DNA of 64,000 nt, taken from positions 1 to 64,000 of the IMG/VR virus record IMGVR_UViG_3300030117_005808; one strand, given 5' to 3'. A model generated the notes under the pieces. It worked only from the letters and a program-made list of their open reading frames with translations, was not told the DNA's origin and ran no database searches. Each line of letters starts with the position of its first letter. Position 1 is the first letter of the stretch. Source of the DNA: a virus. Both the position numbers and the translations under genes were made by a program. Below, in pieces: positions 60,769 to 64,000 of this stretch.

Positions 60769-63209
60769 TGGCCAAAAAAACTACAAGATTAGCAAATCCA
60801 AGTGTTATGAATGCTCAAGATAGGTTTCGCCTGTTGTTTGGCAGGTGGACACAAAACACAGACGGAATAAGCTTTTCAGTTTTAGAAAATGATAACACGG
60901 TTCAGCTTGATAAAATATTTGATCCCGTCCCACTAGAACCAGATCTTGCTACCGGTAATGTGTCGTTAACTGATGGCACGGAAAGTTTTACGGACGCTAT
61001 AACAAGTACAAGTGACGAGAACACATCTCTCTTCCGTCCCACTGAAGAGATAGAGAGGCCACTCGGCTCGGTAAGCGATAGAACAGGAAACCCAATCCCA
61101 TTTAATCCATATCCAACATTAGTGCCTACACATGTGCAAACAGTAAGATTGTTAGATACTAGGGATAAGAACACCACTACTCATCAATCTTGGGTGGATA
61201 TTGTTAACAATTTGTTTGATCCCACCATAGTGTACGAAGATTATGTAACTTCTTTCGATGCGCCTGCTACAAAAGAGGAAATGCTAAACATAGAAGGTAG
61301 TCCTGTATCTGCACCAGCTACAATTGATTATGTATACAATTTTAGCGACATTCCTTATGAGAGGGTCGCGGCTAATGTCACAAACCATGTTGTCTTGCCG
61401 AACTTATACTCTATGCTAGATGAAAGCACAAAAATAGGGACAACACCAGTAACAGATGATACAGATATTAATGTTCTTAGATCCCCTACTGCTAGGCAAC
61501 TAAGGCGAAACATTAGAAATAGAAATCAAAGATTGGGCCTTCAAAACAAAATAGTGCCCATTGAAAATATGCCATTATTAGCTGACTATGAGGGCAGTAA
61601 GTATTTATTTCAAATGTATGTGAATATGAATATACCACTTGATAAGAATAAGAAATTTGCTGAGGTGATGAAAGACAGTACGATGGGGATCGCTTTAACA
61701 AGAGATGTTGAAGGGGTGCCAGATGTCGCATCACAGCTAAAATCTGAACCTTTTGTTTTTTCTACGCAAGTCATAGCAAAACGATCTGGAGTAGAGGAGA
61801 CTAACATCTCCGAAATACAAGTTAAAACATTAAATCTTTTAGATTGGACCCTAATAGATGCTCCCTCGTATGTCACCGAAACAGACACCCTGTATGAAGC
61901 TCCTTTTACTTTCAGCTTTGTCGGCGCCGACGCAGGATCATTCCAAGAGTTAGGCAATTTTAATTCTGTTTCTACTGCGATTGCAAATAACGATGCTTTT
62001 GCACTAGCATTAGAAAATTGCTACGATGGGCTAAAAGATCTTGCGGACAACAATCGACGAACATTCCAAGACTTGATAGGCGGCAAAGAGGCATATTCTG
62101 AAATGCTCATGTACAAGGTGGAAAAGAGGCTAGGACCAGTCCAGCCAGTTTTGCAAGATCCAATACAAACATTTCATTTTATGAACTCTGCTGAAGTCGA
62201 AGAATTTTTATCAAATGAAAATCAATTTAAGTTTGTTGATACACAGGTTAAGTATGGCACCGAATACATCTACACGGTGACCGGATACAGAGCAGTCATT
62301 GGAACTCGCTACCAGTATGGTAACCCAACCACAGTCTCGGACTCGTTTGAGAATCCAAATAATCGCACTGCGTCGGTACCCGTATTTACCACCCCGATGA
62401 TTAAGTTAGTAGAAGTGCCTCTTCTTTCTTCAACAGGTAGAATACTTGACAACCCACCTCTAAAACCAGAGGTAAGATTTTTTCCAGTTGTTGGCGATAG
62501 AAGTAGTATAAAAATGTTTTTCACCACATCCACAGGGATGAAAGATGTTGAGCCTATAGCGTTCTCTCAAGAAGAAGCTAGCGAGCACGCACAAATTGCC
62601 ATTAATCAAAACAGGAACGATGGTAAACTAACATTTAAAACCGATGACTCAGCCTCAGCTTTTGAGATATATAGAATATCGGAGCCTCCAGTCACTATTG
62701 ATGATTTTGCGGAACAGTTGTTTGCAACAGTCTTAACCAGTTCTCCAACTAGTGTTCCCCTGAATGGCTCATCAGCCACAGCTTTAGTATCACAAATTCC
62801 AAATCAAAAGTATTATTATGTATTCCGAACGGTGGACACGCACGGCCACAAATCAAATCCAAGTGCAGTTTTTGAAATAGAACTATATAATGATGGAGGG
62901 GCAGGATATCCAATCATAAGACATTATGATATGGCTTCACCTGATCCCACTACAACCACTAAATCAGCAAGGAAAATAATACAGATTATTCCAAGAATAT
63001 CTCAAGTATATTTAAATGAGGCAGCATCTGGCTTGTTAAATGAAGACGGTCAAACACAGCCCGCCGGCGGAAATAGGAATATTCAACTTGGAACCGAGGA
63101 CGAGCCTTTATTTGGCAAAAAATTTAAGGTGCGGATAACATCTAGATCAACCGGAAAAAAACTTGATTTAAATATTGATTTTAAGACAAAACAACTCAAG
63201 AGTTCATAG
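60768..63209 (+). CDS. Structural protein with fibronectin type III-like domains
   Basis: YKVEK...FVDTQVKYGTEYIYTV and FEIYR...YYYVFRTVD.HGHKSNPS. Confidence 0.6.
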   Translation: MAKKTTRLANPSVMNAQDRFRLLFGRWTQNTDGISFSVLENDNTVQLDKIFDPVPLEPDLATGNVSLTDGTESFTDAITSTSDENTSLFRPTEEIERPLGSVSDRTGNPIPFNPYPTLVPTHVQTVRLLDTRDKNTTTHQSWVDIVNNLFDPTIVYEDYVTSFDAPATKEEMLNIEGSPVSAPATIDYVYNFSDIPYERVAANVTNHVVLPNLYSMLDESTKIGTTPVTDDTDINVLRSPTARQLRRNIRNRNQRLGLQNKIVPIENMPLLADYEGSKYLFQMYVNMNIPLDKNKKFAEVMKDSTMGIALTRDVEGVPDVASQLKSEPFVFSTQVIAKRSGVEETNISEIQVKTLNLLDWTLIDAPSYVTETDTLYEAPFTFSFVGADAGSFQELGNFNSVSTAIANNDAFALALENCYDGLKDLADNNRRTFQDLIGGKEAYSEMLMYKVEKRLGPVQPVLQDPIQTFHFMNSAEVEEFLSNENQFKFVDTQVKYGTEYIYTVTGYRAVIGTRYQYGNPTTVSDSFENPNNRTASVPVFTTPMIKLVEVPLLSSTGRILDNPPLKPEVRFFPVVGDRSSIKMFFTTSTGMKDVEPIAFSQEEASEHAQIAINQNRNDGKLTFKTDDSASAFEIYRISEPPVTIDDFAEQLFATVLTSSPTSVPLNGSSATALVSQIPNQKYYYVFRTVDTHGHKSNPSAVFEIELYNDGGAGYPIIRHYDMASPDPTTTTKSARKIIQIIPRISQVYLNEAASGLLNEDGQTQPAGGNRNIQLGTEDEPLFGKKFKVRITSRSTGKKLDLNIDFKTKQLKSS

Positions 63210-63232
63210 AATAAGACAAAACCTTTTTAATA

Positions 63233-63241
63233 TACTATTTA
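63233..63241 (+). promoter_or_regulatory. Candidate late promoter TACTATTTA
   Basis: Intergenic, 27 nt before ATG 63269; identical to 43007-43015. Confidence 0.6.
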
Positions 63242-63268
63242 TTATGATGCCTTTAGGAGAGGAAACGA

Positions 63269-64000
63269 ATGGCTTTTTTAGATAATTCGGGTGATATTAT
63301 ACTCGACGCTGTGCTGACCGATACTGGTCGAATGAGACTTGCAAGAGGAGACGGCAGTTTTAAAATTGAAAAGTTCGCCCTTGGCGACGATGAAATCAAT
63401 TACGAACTTTACAATAAGAACCATTCAAGTGGTTCTGCTTATTATGATTTAGAGGTTTTGCAGTCTCCTGTCCTTGAGGCTTTTACTGATAATGCAGCCT
63501 CCATGAAGTCTAAGCTTATTTCTATTCCAAGAAATAACCTGCTATATCTCCCAGTATTGGCACTTAATGAAGTTTTTGATACAACTGCAACAGCTAAACA
63601 CACCTCTGGATTTTTTCTTGTGGCGGTTGATTCTGATACACAAACTGAGCTAGAGGTTAATACTTCTGGTGAGTCTGTGGCCGGTATCCTTTTTGGCGAG
63701 GATCCGGGCGCAAATGGCAATCGTATTCGAGTAGACCAAGGTTTGAACACAACAGCGATATCTCCGGGTAAAACTATTGGACCCCTATTACTTGAAACTC
63801 AATATTTGATTGAGATAGATAACCGTCTTGGGTCTGTTTCTAACCTTAAGGGCGGTGAAGCATCACCATCATTTATTGACGACGATAACCTTGCGTCTTA
63901 CTATCTTTCTAGGGGAACAGACCGAGAATTTGTAACAAACAATACAGACACTACCAACTCTGCTAATCAGATTATTAGTGGCCCGCGCGGCACTATTCTT
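63269..64000 (+). CDS. Structural protein, partial (runs off window end; not in ORF track)
   Basis: AGGAGAGG RBS; MAFLDNSGDIILDAVLTDTGRMRLARGDGSFKIEKFALGDDEINY... open to 64000; LTxxGRxxLA is typical of tail-fibre/baseplate N-termini. Confidence 0.8.
   Translation, partial: MAFLDNSGDIILDAVLTDTGRMRLARGDGSFKIEKFALGDDEINYELYNKNHSSGSAYYDLEVLQSPVLEAFTDNAASMKSKLISIPRNNLLYLPVLALNEVFDTTATAKHTSGFFLVAVDSDTQTELEVNTSGESVAGILFGEDPGANGNRIRVDQGLNTTAISPGKTIGPLLLETQYLIEIDNRLGSVSNLKGGEASPSFIDDDNLASYYLSRGTDREFVTNNTDTTNSANQIISGPRGTIL

Noticed and set aside
1593-63750. Minus-strand and short nested ORFs in the track (e.g. 10712-11230, 20364-20870, 63442-63750)
   Set aside because: They overlap well-supported plus-strand genes and show no motifs; treated as shadow ORFs.
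1-64000. Stop-codon reassignment, introns/inteins, tRNAs
   Set aside because: Genes are full-length in code 11, all three stops are used at gene ends, and I saw no intein, homing-endonuclease or cloverleaf signature; there is almost no intergenic space.

Overview
This is 64 kb of a large tailed (myovirus-like, probably jumbo) bacteriophage genome. All convincing genes lie on the + strand, use the standard genetic code, are tightly packed (many ATGA-type overlaps) and have Shine-Dalgarno sites. Three blocks are visible. (1) 1-2343: the end of phoH, small unknown genes, an HExxH zincin-like protein and a Cas4/RecB-like Fe-S nuclease. (2) 2351-31516: a ~29 kb, ~35-gene glycan biosynthesis island. 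It holds about 12 glycosyltransferases or GT-like proteins (GT4, GT2, GT29/sialyltransferase-like, GT31-like, GT47-like), a non-canonical nonulosonic-acid module (cytidylyltransferase, DegT aminotransferase, NeuB, two SDRs, TIM-barrel isomerase), a GDP-fucose module (gmd-cupin-fcl-gmd), a radical SAM enzyme, methyltransferases, a PfkA-family kinase and an IolB-like isomerase. I found no flippase, polymerase or membrane initiating transferase. (3) 31509-64000: a gp55-like late sigma factor followed by a baseplate/tail module (M15 peptidase fusion, gp5-like, 2350-aa, gp25, gp6-like, 3185-aa LamG-type and FN3-like proteins, plus an unlisted partial ORF from 63269). The best candidate for a new system is phage-encoded virion protein O-glycosylation: the soluble glycan pathway sits next to structural proteins strongly enriched in an [S/T]-[G/A]-S tripeptide and carrying S/T-rich GGGY C-terminal tails. 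Other signals are a candidate late-promoter motif (WACTAYWTA), host sigma70 promoters hidden inside island genes, and apparently complete CCWGG avoidance. Family calls come from motif recognition only and counts are by eye; no database searches were run.
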